From contig NIVC01000482.1 of NCBI GenBank assembly GCA_002269645.1, positions 124,001-188,000 of the forward strand: 64,000 nt of DNA. Direction: 5' to 3'. The stretch's first letter is position 1, and every line of letters starts with the position of its first letter. Under the pieces are notes generated by a model that saw nothing but the letters and a program-made list of their open reading frames with translations, made no database searches and was not told where the DNA came from. This document shows positions 50,321 to 64,000 of the stretch, in pieces. The DNA comes from Macrostomum lignano (lineage: Eukaryota). A program made the translations under genes and the position numbers.

Positions 50321-52377
50321 CTAAGGCAGTTCGTTGGCGATCGTGCTAAGTCTGGCCGATGAGGCTTGGGATGATGACGCGTTGCTATTGGTTACCGGAC
50401 TGAGGGACTGGAATAGTTGAGTGAGCGATGACCGTTTTGAGATTGTTGGCTTTCGTAATCCCATCATTTTACCCATCCTCAGAATTCTCCATCTTCAGCT
50501 AAAATTTCCCATCCTCAGAATTCCCCATACTCAATTCCCCATCCTCAGAATTCCCCATCCTCAGAATTCCCCATCGCAGAATTCCTCGAAATTCCCCATA
50601 TCTCCAGACTCACGTCAGCACTGGCGCCTCCGAGTTCGGACTCCAGCGACCCTTTGGAGCGCATACGCTTGTTGGCGAACCACTTCTTCACCTGGGAATA
50701 GGTCAGCCCGGTGGCCAGGGCTAGGGCCTTGGTGTCCTCGGCACCAGGGTAGGGTCGGTCGCGATGCTGGAGGAACCACCGCAGCAGGTGGTCATTCTGA
50801 CTGCTGCTGAAGTTCTGCCTCATCTGCTGCTGTTGCTCCAGCGGCTCCTCGGATAAAATTGGTTTTGGTTGCTGAGGAACAGCGCTTTCTTCTGCCGGCC
50901 GCTTTTTCGTCTTCAAGCTCAGATCCAAAGCTGTTTCCGCCTGTTTGGGAGTTGCGAGATCGAATTTTCTAGAGTGCCTTTCCCTTAGTGTCACTCCAAT
51001 GTCCTGCAGTGTCACTCCAATGTCCTGCAGTGTCACTCCAATGTCCTGCAGTGTCACTCTCTTCCTCAGTGTCACTCTCTTCCTCAGTGTCACTCTCTTC
51101 CTCAGTGTCACTCTCTTCCTCAGTGTCACTCTCTTCCTCAGTGTCACTTTAATGTCCTGCAGTGTCACTCTACTCTCCCTCAGTGTCAATCTACCCCCCC
51201 CCTGAGTCTCCCAATCTGAATTTCGACTAACCTGGCAACCGAAGTTAAAGTTGTTGCTAATGACGCCAAGAACTCCGCACGGGAAGCCGAATGGTAAAAA
51301 ATATGATTTTGCATCTGCAGTTGGAAGCTGAGTCTGCTCCATCAGATGGGGTCGCTTGCTGGAGTGCGGAAGCTGCGGCAGTCCTTGGCACTTCTCTGAC
51401 TGGCTGGTGACTTGTTCGCCGTTCAGAGACAGCGGAATTCGCTCCTGCAATGAAATTACAGCAACAGAGCGGTGATTTTCTGGCTACTAATAGTAATGTA
51501 AATCAGTTCATTAGAATGAATGACATGGGTTCAAGTGCGATGGTAGCTGTGGGATGGGGCTGTGGGATGGGGCTGTGAGGCTGTGGGATGGTGCTGTGAG
51601 GCTGTAGAATGGTGCTGTGGGATGGGGCTGTGAGGCTGTAAAATGGGGCTGTGGGATGGGGCTGTGGGATGGGGCTGTGAGGCTGTAAGATGGGGCTGTG
51701 AGGCTGTGGGATGGTGCTGTGAGGCTGTGGAATGGTCTGTGGGATGGTGCTGTGAGGCTGTGGGGTGGTGCTGTGAGGCTGTGGAATGGTCTGTGGGATG
51801 GTGCTGTGAGGCTGTGGGATGGTGCTGTGAGGCTGTGGGATGGTGCTGTGAGGCTGTGGGATGGTGCTGTGAGGCTGTGAGATGGTGCTGTGAGGCTGTG
51901 GGATGGTGCTGTGAGGCTGTGGGATGGTGCTGTGAGGCTGTGGGATGGTGCTGTGAGGCTGTGGGATGGTGCTGTGAGGCTGTGGGATGGTGCTGTGAGG
52001 CTGTGGGATGGTGCTGTGAGGCTGTGGGATGGTGCTGTGAGGCTGTGGGATGGTGCTGTGAGGCTGTGGGATGGTGCTGTGAGGCTGTGGGATGGTGCTG
52101 TTAGGCTGTGGGATGGTACTGCGAGGCTGTGGGATGATGCTGTGAGGCTGTGGGATGGGGCTTTTTCATACTACTCTCCACTATCAGCAGTAGTCAATAT
52201 AAACTATTTGTATAAATACCAAAAAATCAGGAGCACTGCTGAAGCGCCACTCACCGGTACATGGGATTTTCGCTTCCTCGATCCAATCGGAGTTGAAGAC
52301 CCCGGCGTGTGTGCAGCTCTGTCCGGCGATCTGGCGAACTCCTTCATGACCAGGCTGTGCACCGACTGCTGGCTCTG
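50321..52377 (-). CDS. TALE-class homeobox gene; homeodomain exon 50968-50614, probable exons ~52377-52255, 51314-51232 and 50449-50321; 5' end not resolved
   Basis: Homeodomain LLRWFLQHRDRPYPGAEDTKALALATGLTYSQVKKWFANKRMRS with the TALE PYP loop and WFAN helix 3. Flanking exons are joined by phase-consistent GT-AG sites and are tentative. Confidence 0.85.
50988..51190. repeat. CAGTGTCACT-based ~21-bp minisatellite in a homeobox-gene intron
   Basis: Read directly. It accounts for the RVTLRK/GVTLQD peptide in ORF 50545-51450. Confidence 0.92.
51545..52160. repeat. 21-bp minisatellite (GCTGTGGGATGGTGCTGTGAG)n
   Basis: Read directly. Confidence 0.96.
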
Positions 52378-52399
52378 CTGGGTGAATTCAGCAGAAGGT

Positions 52400-52403
52400 G
52401 TCA

Positions 52404-52483
<80 letters not shown>

Positions 52484-53285
52484 AGTGTCATTCTACTCTC
52501 CATCAGTGTCAATCTAATTTCCCTCGTGTCACTCTAATCCCCCCTCAGTGTCACTATAATCTCCCTCAGTGTCACTCTACTCTCCCCAGTGTCACTCTAC
52601 TCTCCCTCAGTGTCACTATAATCTCCCTCAGTGTCACTCTACTCTCCCTCAGTGTCACTATAATCTCCCTCAGTGTCACTCTACTCTCCCTCAGTGTCAC
52701 TCTACTCTCCCTCAGTGTCACTCTACTCTCCCCCAGTGTCACTCTACCCCCCTAGTGTCACTCTACTCTCTCTCAGTGTCACTCTCTCTCACTCTCCCTC
52801 AGTGTCTCTCTCTCTCCCTCTCCCTCAGTGTCACTATAATCTCCCTCAGTGTCACTCTACTCTCCCTCAGTGTCACTCTACTCTCCCTCAGTGTCACTCT
52901 ACTCTCCCTCAGTGTCACTCTACTCTCCCCCAGTGTCACTCTACCCCCCTAGTGTCACTCTACTCTCTCTCAGTGTCACTCTCTCTCACTCTCCCTCAGT
53001 GTCTCTCTCTCTCCCTCTCCCTCAGTGTCACTATAATCTCCCTCAGTGTCACTCTACTCTCCCTCAGTGTCACTCTACTCTCCCTCAGTGTCACTCTACT
53101 CTCCCCCAGTGTCACTCTACCCCCCTAGTGTCACTCTACTCTCTCTCAGTGTCACTCTCTCTCACTCTCCCTCAGTGTCTCTCTCTCCCTCTCCCTCAGT
53201 GTCACTATAATCTCCCTCAGTGTCACTCTACTCTCCCTCAGTGTCACTCTACTCTCCCTCAGTGTCACTCTAGACTCCAGAGTCT
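52400..53285. repeat. (CT)n plus compound CAGTGTCACTCTACTCTCCCT minisatellite with higher-order blocks
   Basis: Read directly. Confidence 0.95.
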
Positions 53286-54714
53286 AGTGTCATTAAGTTT
53301 CATCATTAAGTAAGTCAATGTCACTTTACTATCTACTATACTCTACTCCACTCCACTCTATTTTACTCTTACCCCAAATTACGCTTCTTTTGTCCTACTC
53401 CCAGTCCATATAGTCTATGGAACAAATAGGATATCAGTAAAACAAGCAGACTCCAGATGGCTCACCCAGCGGTCTCCAATTCCACCGATGACGCCCGCAA
53501 TATTGTGCATGGCTTATTCTAATTTGTAGTTTTTGAAAACCTATGAAAGTTAAAAGATTTTTCTTGACTAAGCTGCTGCAGGTGATCAGGTCGCGGCCTT
53601 TTTATCCTTTCGTGCCGGCTGGCGGAAGTAGAAGTGGGATGAGAGCCCAAGCAAGGGTTTCAGCACTAGCTGTAAACAATATCTTGTCTCTAAGTCTCTT
53701 ATTGCTGCCTCCGAAGCTGATTTTCGCTGAAAGTCTCCACCTAAAGCTGTCAGGCCTTGTGCTGGTGGTGAGGGGGTTTTAAATCGTTTCAGAGCTGAGA
53801 TGCCTTATCAACACAGAAAATTATTAACTTCGGGGCCTAGGGGCCTGCTAAGCCTGTGGGGTGGAGGTTGAAGAGGCCGGAGATGCGATAAATAAACAGA
53901 GAACAGCTCGGAGAAACTGGGCACAGGCAGTGCTAGCAACTATAGCTGAAGATGCGGCGCAGATTGCTTGGCTTGTTGCTTTTGCAGAAGAGAAATTCAG
54001 TTTGGTGGCTTGCTGTGATGGAGAACTTTGCTTCAGAGAAGACGGGACAGAGGAATGGCGCTGGTTTTGCTGCTTTTGCTCCGGAAATTGGAGCTGAAAC
54101 TGACTGCTATGGCTGTTCTTGATGCAGTCAGAGTTTTGCGATATGCCAAACTTTTATGTTAGCTCTGCTTGTCTGACTCCTGGAAATTTAGTAGGCTTTT
54201 CAAGAGACAGTCGTGCCTACTTATTTTTGAGTACAATTCTTATCCTGTGCTCATCCACGCATTTATGGCTGGGGGAGAAGTCTTCTCTGGTTGGCTGGAT
54301 CAAGAGCTAGTCTCTGTTGCTGTTTTGCTTCTAAAAGAATATTTTGGGGCTCGAGAGACCACTCCCCCCCTTGGCCTTTGTTGCAAACTCCCCTAATGCG
54401 GCCCCAATTACTCAAACTTCTCACACACCGGCCTCACCCCATTTCTCTGTGTCATTTCCGTTGAGAAGACCATATAATATAAGCTCAAAAGTTTGCTCTA
54501 TAGAAATATTGTTTTCCAAACTCCATGGACTGCTACTGTCAACTGGACTGCGATACGCTTTTTCTCAAACAGAAGGAAGCTAAGAATTTCTTAGAAAGGA
54601 GATTGAAGGCCGGAAAGTAGCGAACATTTAGTGTGCTCTAGAGCAGGGATTGGCAAACATTGTTAACTAAAACCGTCAGATAGATAAGCTAGAGGCCGGA
54701 GGGGGGAGAGAGGA

Positions 54715-54905
54715 GAGAGAATAGAGAAGAAAGATAGGAGAGACGAGAGACGAGAGGAGAGACGAAAGAGAAGAGGAGAGAGAGGAAAGTAGAGGAGACG
54801 AGAAAGAAGAGGAGAGAGAGGAAAGTAGAGGAGACGAGAAAGAAGAGGAGAGAGAGGAAAGTAGAGGAGACTAGAAAGAAGAGGAGAGAGAGGAAAGTAG
54901 AGAGG
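54715..54905. repeat. Purine-rich minisatellite (GAGACGAGAAAGAAGAGGAGAGAGGAAAGTAGAG-like)
   Basis: About 3-4 copies read directly. Confidence 0.85.
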
Positions 54906-55736
54906 CTTTAACATGTGGGCCGCGGGCCGGAGTTTCATGTCGATCTCTGCTCTGGAGGAATCGATTTTTCCTGTCCGAATTTGTCTATGGCAAACCCCCC
55001 CCCCCTGTTCAGCAGTGCGCGTTCTCCAGAGCCAGAGAACTAAATGCAGGAATTGTCTGACTTTTGCCAGCGAAAAATTATGCTCCGCACAAGTTTCCAG
55101 TCCAGATTAGCAGTCTAGTAGTCCCCGCGGTTAGTCAAAGCTCTCAACTCAGCTCCCAGCTCATACAGGCACAGACTGGTCTCAAAGAGCTTCAGACGCC
55201 CGGGTTCTCCCCCCATTCTTCGGGGAAGTTCAGTCATTTCCATGTCTCCCAAGTGTTCCCTCTATGAGCCCCCCCCCCCCCCCCTACCTTTTGTTCTTGT
55301 TTATGCAAGCCAAGCCCATAGGAGACGAATATACGAGTGAAATATTAATATCTATACTTATCAAAGTTGAACAGAGAGAAATGTTCGTTACTGCTGGCTG
55401 TACAAGCGGATGTTTAGTCTGTTTATTTGACAATTGGAAACTTTACAATAAGGATTCATGTTTTTATACATTTGGATTCAACATTTATTTTTGCTGCAGC
55501 AGCAGGAAGTGGATTTCTTCCGAAGCTCTTAATGGTTGTTGCTATGCCATATGGGCCTGTCAACATCCTGTCTGTCTTAATATTGTGCTCATCCGGAACT
55601 GGAGTCTGAACTGAATCACTCACTTCCTGTCCGAGGGGAATTGTTCTTGACTAAGATTCTTTTTGACTCAAGCCTGATGATTCATGAGCCTTAAGTGCTC
55701 TGGATTTTTTACTTTTTTATCTTTGAGTACCTGTTA

Positions 55737-55762
55737 TAATATAATAATAATAATACTAATAC

Positions 55763-55800
<38 letters not shown>

Positions 55801-56093
55801 TTTTCAATTGATCACACCTGCCCTAATGGCCAGATGTGCAACCGACAGCTCAGCCGCAGCTATTGCGCGGCGCATCTGAAGGCTGCGTACGGCTGTTCAG
55901 TCCAAGGACTGGGGGGTTGCCACACACACCCTCAATTACCCCAGCTAATGCTGGCACCCATTCTACAGCTGGGTGAACTGAAGCAGTGCAGAGTTAAGTG
56001 TCTCGCTCAAGGACACGAATTTTTCCGAGTATAGGTCGAGAATCGAACCCCTGACCTTTCAGTCGTGAGTCTCATGGTGCTCTACCACCAGGA
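55737..56093 (-). mobile_element. tRNA-derived SINE with a CORE/V-like central domain and a (TAT)n tail
   Basis: On the minus strand: A-box-like TGGTGGTAGAGC, B-box GGTTCGATTC, then GTGTCCTTGAGCGAGACACTTAACTCTGCACTGCTTCAGTTCACCCAGCTGTAGAATGGG (56016-55957), ending in a trinucleotide tail at 55737-55800. Confidence 0.8.
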
Positions 56094-56524
56094 TAAAACA
56101 CCCTAAAACCGCATGAAGTTTTGGCCATAGACTAAAACTTAACTTTTCTGACTTAAAATTACGAGTATCAGTTAAATGCAGCTTTCTCATTTACTGAACT
56201 GTCAGGCTCATGGGCCAACCAAGCTAGCGGCTACGAGTAAAAAATGAAGACACCGACAACGACCATAGACAGTGGCTCTGCCAAGTGAGAAATAAATCAA
56301 TAATTCCCATTCCCACTCTATTCATTTCCATGGCCCGTAGGCAAGCCTGCGGATTTGAAATTGATAAATTGGGAATGAACTATACTTAATTACTTAACTA
56401 CGTTTCAAAAGTTGGAATAGATGCACAGTAAGGTACGTTTTATGGGCCAAAGTTGGTGAGTTCCACACTCATTGATGCATTATTCATGTAGTTTTGAAGC
56501 AGTAAGGAATATCTTCTCTCCTGT

Positions 56525-57785
56525 CCTGGTTCCTGTCCCCCACTGTCCTGTCCTCTCCTGTCCTCTCCTGTCCTGTCATTTCCTGTCCTGTCCTGTCCTG
56601 TCCTGTCCTGTCCTGTCCTGTCCTGTCCTGTCCTGTCCTGTCCTGTCCTGTCCTGTCCTGTCCTGTCCTGTCCTGTCCTGTCCTGTCCTGTCCTGTCCTG
56701 TCCTGTCCTGTCCTGTCCTGTCCTGTCCTGTCATTTCCTGTCCTGTCCTGTCATTTCCTGTCCTGTCCTGTCATTTCCTGTCCTGTCCTGTCCTGTCCTG
56801 TCCTGTCATTTCCTGTCCTGTCCTCTCCTGTCCTCTCCTGCCCTGTCATTTCCTGTCCTGTCCTGTCCTGTCCTCTCCTGTCCTGTCATTTCCTGTCTTG
56901 TCCTCTCCTGTCCGGTCCTGTCCTGTCATTTCCTGTCCTGTCCTGTCCTGTCCTGTCCTGTCCTGTCATTTCCTGTCTTGTCCTCTCCTGTCCGGTCCTG
57001 TCCTGTCATTTCCTGTCCTGTCCTGTCCTGTCCTGTCCTGTCCTGTCATTTCCTGTCCTGTCCTCTCCTGTCCTCTCCTGTCCTGTCATTTCCTGTCCTG
57101 TCCTGTCCTGTCCTCTCCTGTCCTGTCATTTCCTGTCTTGTCCTCTCCTGTCCGGTCCTGTCCTGTCATTTCCTGTCCTCTCCTGTCCTGTCCTGTCCTG
57201 TCCTGTCCTGTCCTGTCCTCTACTGTCCTGTCCTGTCCTGTCCTGTCCTGTCCTGTCCTCTCCTGTCCTGTCATTTCCTGTCTTGTCCTCTCCTGTCCGG
57301 TCCTGTCCTGTCATTTCCTGTCCTGTCCTCTCCTGTCCTGTCCTGTCCTGTCCTGTCCTGTCCTGTCCTGTCCTCTACTGTCCTGTCCTGTCCTGTCCTG
57401 TCATTTCCTGTCCTGTCCTGTCCTGTCATTTCCTGTCTTGTCCTCTCCTGTCCGGTCCTGTCCTGTCATTTCCTGTCCTGTCCTGTCCTGTCCTGTCCTG
57501 TCCTGTCATTTCCTGTCCTGTCCTCTCCTGTCCTCTCCTGTCCTGTCATTTCCTGTCCTGTCCTGTCCTGTCCTCTCCTGTCCTGTCATTTCCTGTCTTG
57601 TCCTCTCCTGTCCGGTCCTGTCCTGTCATTTCCTGTCCTGTCCTCTCCTGTCCTGTCCTGTCCTGTCCTGTCCTGTCCTGTCCTGTCCTGTCCTGTCCTC
57701 TCCTGTCCTGTCCTGTCCTGTCCTGTCATTTCCTGTCCTGTCCTCTCCTGTCCTGTCCTGTCCTGTCCTGTCCTGCCCTGTCCTC
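56525..57785. repeat. (TCCTG)n pentanucleotide satellite with TCATT/TCTCC variants, about 1.25 kb
   Basis: Read directly. It explains the VLSCP ORFs. Confidence 0.98.
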
Positions 57786-58336
57786 TCCTCCTTTCGTCTC
57801 TCCTCTCTTTTCTCGATCCCTTCTAACTTCTTTCTTCACTTCTCTTCCCTTCTTAGTCAGCCGCCACCATCATCCCTTTACCCCTGGGCCCGCTGCCAGT
57901 CTGCAGTCTGCTGGTCTCACCCCCCGTGATTCTCACACCCGTGCGTGCCAGACTTCGAAGAGCTCATTCTGCAGTCCTGACCCTTGCCCAGCTACTCAAC
58001 AACAGTTCCATCTCGTCCAACTCAAAGCCGTGCTCAACCGGGAGTACGCACAGATGGCATTCGCTGTGTCTGCGCGTACCAAAACGTGATTAAACCCAAA
58101 TCCCGTCGGGTATTGCCGGATTGAGGGGAGGGGTGAACTGCTAGAAACCCAAAGCGACTCAGGAGGAGACCAGAAACACAGAGGAAAGCGAACTTGGGCT
58201 GGAAGCGTCGGTTGCTGTTCGCTCTTCCCTCCCGCGTCTCGTCTCTCTCGGATGTCGCGGATCCCCGCCTCCCGCCCCAAGTCGAAAATCGCGCATCCAG
58301 TCATCCTTTGCTGGCCTGCCTGGAGAGAGAGAGAGG

Positions 58337-58370
<34 letters not shown>

Positions 58371-61130
58371 GAGAGCAACACATGTAGCTATGGCATGTAT
58401 GTACTCCATCCCCAGGTCCGCTTTGATGTAAATACATGTAATATATATAAATACACCGTCTCAACTCCCAGACTCTTTCTCTTTGCTGCCCAGCGAGCTC
58501 ATACGCCGTACTCATGCGGATCTTCAGTCATTTACTAGATCAGCGACCGCACAGATAGATTTTGTAAGCAATTGCCGGATTATTTTTATGCGTGAAACTA
58601 CCGAGAATTCGTCTAGCACCGATTCTCTTGTGTTGCTGACCAGCCAAGATAATCCAGATTTAAATGGCTTTCACTTGTTAGCACCACAAGAAATCGGTGT
58701 CATATTCTCTTTCTACATCGGTGCAGCGAATACGCTCGTACATGGTCTAACCTTTTGCTTCGATGATGAATACGGCATTTAACTCTATTATTGTTGAGCA
58801 GCTTTTTATGCACTCTTGCTGCATGATAGCGAAGCAGACAGCTGACATTTACATTAGGATCAAGTTATCCCAGTGGTTTTTCTTTTCTGGTACTTCACCG
58901 ATTTTTTTCTCTAATTTTTAGTATGGAACTGCACCAAGTTCTCAATTCGAGCTAGCCGTGGACTGAAATTTCCCGGCACGGCTGACCGTTGGTCCTCTTT
59001 AATTGGTTTCCTGTAACGGACAATTCCTTTTTTTAATTTTCTGCATTCCAACCAGCAGGTAATTTACTTTCTTTGGAAAATTGTGTAAGTCAACGCTTAA
59101 ATACTTGTTTCTGGAACCAAAACTCCGAGTTAAAAGGAACCGCGAGAGCTAACAACCAAGGGTGGAAAACTTTATATATTTAAAGTTAATGCGGGGGAGT
59201 TAGGTGGGGTGCGCGGCGTAGATAATGTAACAAAAATCGTTTTAAACAAAAAAGGTGATCATTTAAGCCAACATTACGATACTTAAGCAAAATTTTACGC
59301 TTTTAAACAAAAAGGCATTTTGTGGTGACAATTCAAAATCGCGCCTGCCTCACTATATCTAGTATAGTCTTATTTTCAGGTAATACAACACTGTCAAAAT
59401 ACCACTTTTATTAATTAGATTACATACGTGCAAAAAGAGAAAATTTATGTATACAGTTCTGTCAAAAAATTGACAATAAATTGAAGCGATAAAACTTTCG
59501 GTCCTTTATTCCAATGAATATTTTTAGCGATGCTGTTGATCACTTCGACAAATTGTTTCATAAGTCTCCAGCCGATTTTGGTGGGACATTACTTTATACA
59601 ACACATCGACTTGTCACTCGCATACACAACGAACCTTAGCTTTTCAGTAAAAAAAATCAGGTATAATATTACTTTGTGATTTAAATGATAAAAAAGGCAA
59701 TAAAAAGCTGTTCATTTTTTCTTTTTGCTATGAAAATTCATACAATAATTGTTTATTTCAAGGTAAAAATAATTGGCGCACGATATCAACTTTTTAATTT
59801 TCAAAGAAACAAAAAATCCGTAATGCGGATGCGCTTTTTGACTGTTGTCCTTTGATTTTTTATTTTGTTTTTGTTTTTTTATATCTTCTTCACTGGCATA
59901 GTAGCTAGAGTTGAGCTGATTGTTTTTTTTATCCTTGTGAATAATTAAAAATATAGTTTTGTCCGTAATGCCTAAGCTGTTTCTGTTGGTCATTTTCTTG
60001 AATTCCACTCTAAAGTAAAGTGCTAACTAGTGCTAAACAGCAGCAAGTCTATATGAATATTTGAGACTTAGATTAATTGATTTCATTTATCTGAAACTAA
60101 CTGGTTGAATATTAAAAAATTATGATACAAACAAGTTTATTCCTTTGTTAGATACGATACGAGTATAAATCAAAACTATGGAATTGAATGATTGATTGAG
60201 TTGAGTGTTATCTATAGTTTTGCTACTTTGCCTGTTTTTAATTGGAAAAAAACCAAATAGAATATTGAAACTCGAAAAAGTAAATAATACAAATGACTCA
60301 GTAGATATTGTCATTTCTCAGTAGAAAATGTCTATGCCACAATTTTAAATACCTTGCTATATTATTTATGGGTATAAAAACATGAAATAGTCAACCAAAC
60401 TTGTATATGCTTTTAATCAGAATATCCCTTAATGTTTCAGATAGCTTATCTAAAACAAATGGACTGTAACTGAAAAAGTAATTTAATTTATTAGTTTATT
60501 TATTGGTTTGTTAAAATCATTTGATATCCTTAGAATAGTTATTATGGTTATAAATAGATAGAAGAAATTGGTTGAAACACTAACTATTCTAACTATATAA
60601 TGCAGCTAAATGGTTATGTTTTTGTAACAGTTTCATTTATTAAGTTACTAATTAGCTCATGTATACTACTTTTAACAAAAATAAAGTTTGAGTTTTTACC
60701 TGAGTATGTTTCTTTTTTTAGCCAAAAATATGTAATCAAAGATATATGCAATTAAATATCTATAGATTAACTAAAATTCCCTATTAATAAATATATCATT
60801 GTACAGCTAACTGGTGGCAAGAGCAAAATAAATATTGAGCCTAATTATCTTTTTTGTCATTTATTTTTTTATTATTACCATTTAATAGCAATTTATATTA
60901 ATGCAGTTAATAATTTTATGCCGCTTTAATAAGCATTAAAAATAGCTCACTTATCAACTAGCCCATTGCTGGTAGAAAAGCTAGATGTTAATTAATATAG
61001 AGTAGAGGTCTAGATAACCTTTTTCTAGTCCTATTATTTAATAGTATATTTCAAACCTACATTTCACTGAGTGCATACAAATTATGGTTGTAAATATTTC
61101 TATTACCATTTCATGCTAAGTCACCAGCAG

Positions 61131-62336
<1,206 letters not shown>

Positions 62337-63189
62337 TTTTGTTCCTTCAATTAATTGAAATTACAAAATATGGTGACTATTGCCTACTTACAGAGTGCCA
62401 GCAGTAGTGTGATGAGAATTTTTTATATAGAATGTAAAAAATACACACATTTTTCAATTTGCTCTCATAATAATAATAGCAATAGTTGCAGGAAGACTAA
62501 TTGTCGTGCACACAAGCCCCAAATGAATTGGAATCGAACCAAGGTTGCGGCGCGAGAGTCTGACACTTTTATCGCTGAGCTGCTCTACCTGCAGTCTTCC
62601 CCTCTCTCTCCCTCTCTCCCTCTCTCTCCCTCTCTCCCTCTCTCTTCCCTCCTCCGTTAAATGCGTGTTTTCAGAACATTATAATTAAAAAAATAACAGA
62701 ACATTAAAAAAAGTGCTAAATTCTTGTATATTTAAGTTTCAGCTGTTTGTAAAAAACTTGAGTGACTCGATCTTGAAATTGTTGTTTATTTTTTCTTATA
62801 TTTCTACTATGAGTAGAGCAAATTGAATATGAAATTTGCAGCTGATTTTACGCGGGTGTTGGGGACAGACTTGTCTTTCTGCTAGGTGCTTATAAAGAAC
62901 TGTTTTTGTTTAACTAGTGTTATAAAAATATTCGATTTTAAAGTTGCATGTAACTTGGTTATAAATATGGAAGTTAATTTTGAGTTGTTTCAACGACATT
63001 AGCAGACAACTCTGCTAAGAATTTTATTAAAGTTTTGTTTGCATTTAGCAAACTGGTAAACATTCTGCAATACTTCAGTTAGTATTCACAAGGCGCTTCA
63101 GCCGACTCCGATTACAGCTTGAATGGCAGGAACTGGACCAGTTCTGAACTACAAACTCTAAGGTACTAATTCAGGAGGTATATGTAGCC

Positions 63190-63730
63190 ACTCTGACCTA
63201 CCCACCCTGACCCACCCATAACTGACCTAACTCATCCTGACCTACCCACCCTGACCCACCCATTCTGACCTACCCGATCTACCCATCCTGACCTACCCAT
63301 CCTGATCTACCCATCCTGACCTACCCATCCTGACCTACCCATCCTGACCTACCCATCCTGACCTACCCATCCTGATCTACCCACCCTGACCCACCCATTC
63401 TGACCTACCCACCCTGACCTACCCATCCTGACATACTCATCCTGACCTACCCACCCTGACCCACCCATTCTGACCTACCCACCCTGACCTACCCACCCTG
63501 ACCTACCCATCCTGACCCACCCATAACTGACCTACCCATCCTGACCTACCCACCCTGACCTACCCACCCTGACCTACCCATCCTGACCTACCCACCCTAA
63601 CCTACCCACCCTGACCTACCCATCCTGACCTACTCATCCTGACCTTCCCATCCTGACCTACCCACCCTGACCTACCCACCCTGACCTACCCATCCTGACC
63701 TACCCACCCTGACCCACCCATAACTGACGC
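63190..63730. repeat. 14-bp minisatellite (CCTGACCTACCCAT/C)n
   Basis: Read directly. Confidence 0.95.
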
Positions 63731-63750
63731 AACTCATCCGATCCATCCTT

Positions 63751-64000
63751 CTAGACGTGGCTTGTTTCGCTGTACACGCAGCCGTCAGATCTTCGCCGGT
63801 GCCCAGCATCAGCTGCGGCGAAGTCTCCCAGGTCCTGATAGTCATTGGCGTTGCTGCAGGCTGTCAAGGCTGTCACCGCGCCAGCCGATCGTCGAGCTGC
63901 TGAACAGCAGTCAGCAGCGATTCCTCTGATTGGCTGCGGCAACTGCAGCTGTTGCTGCTGGGGATGAAGTTTGCGCTGGTTCTGCCGTCGCGGCCGCGGA
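63751..64000 (-). CDS. Probable terminal coding exon of an unidentified gene running off the window
   Basis: GC-rich open frame from the window edge (..HPQQQQLQLPQPIRG..NDYQDLGDF..CVYSETSHV*) in the same style as the other exons. No recognisable domain. Confidence 0.45.
   Translation of the reverse strand, partial: PRPRRQNQRKLHPQQQQLQLPQPIRGIAADCCSAARRSAGAVTALTACSNANDYQDLGDFAAADAGHRRRSDGCVYSETSHV

Noticed and set aside
50545-51450. 301-aa ORF read as one homeobox protein with RVTLRK repeats
   Set aside because: The repeat portion is an intronic minisatellite bounded by splice sites.
53500-54200. 5' coding exons of the homeobox gene
   Set aside because: Open stretches exist on the minus strand, but no phase-consistent splice model could be built.
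56035-56093. Stand-alone tRNA gene
   Set aside because: A/B boxes are present, but there is no convincing cloverleaf and it continues into a SINE body and tail.
56472-58089. Cys/Pro-rich 485-aa and related ORFs
   Set aside because: Translation of (TCCTG)n.

Overview
This is eukaryotic (metazoan) genomic DNA with spliced genes and very abundant micro- and minisatellites. GC-rich exons, huge intronic tandem repeats and a spiralian-type TALE homeobox suggest a flatworm such as Macrostomum (inference only). Supported genes are a 4-exon muscarinic acetylcholine receptor, a Di-Ras GTPase, an 11-exon SF3B3 with a 1-nt frameshift in exon 10, three divergent minus-strand caspases, a TALE homeobox gene and a NUDT5-like Nudix hydrolase. 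Mobile DNA includes two decayed LINEs, a decayed Gypsy element, a pogo-like inverted-repeat element, two MITE-like elements and a tRNA-derived SINE. The most interesting region is the caspase cluster (33.5-48.9 kb). Two paralogs share an N-terminal domain that lacks a recognisable CARD/DED and, by eye, follows caspase strand/helix order with the Cys position kept and the His lost. That would be a single-chain pseudo-caspase plus caspase. Asp-binding pocket residues differ between paralogs, and the cluster grew with a duplicate of the SF3B3 last exon. All exon models, alignments and counts were done by hand; no database searches were run.
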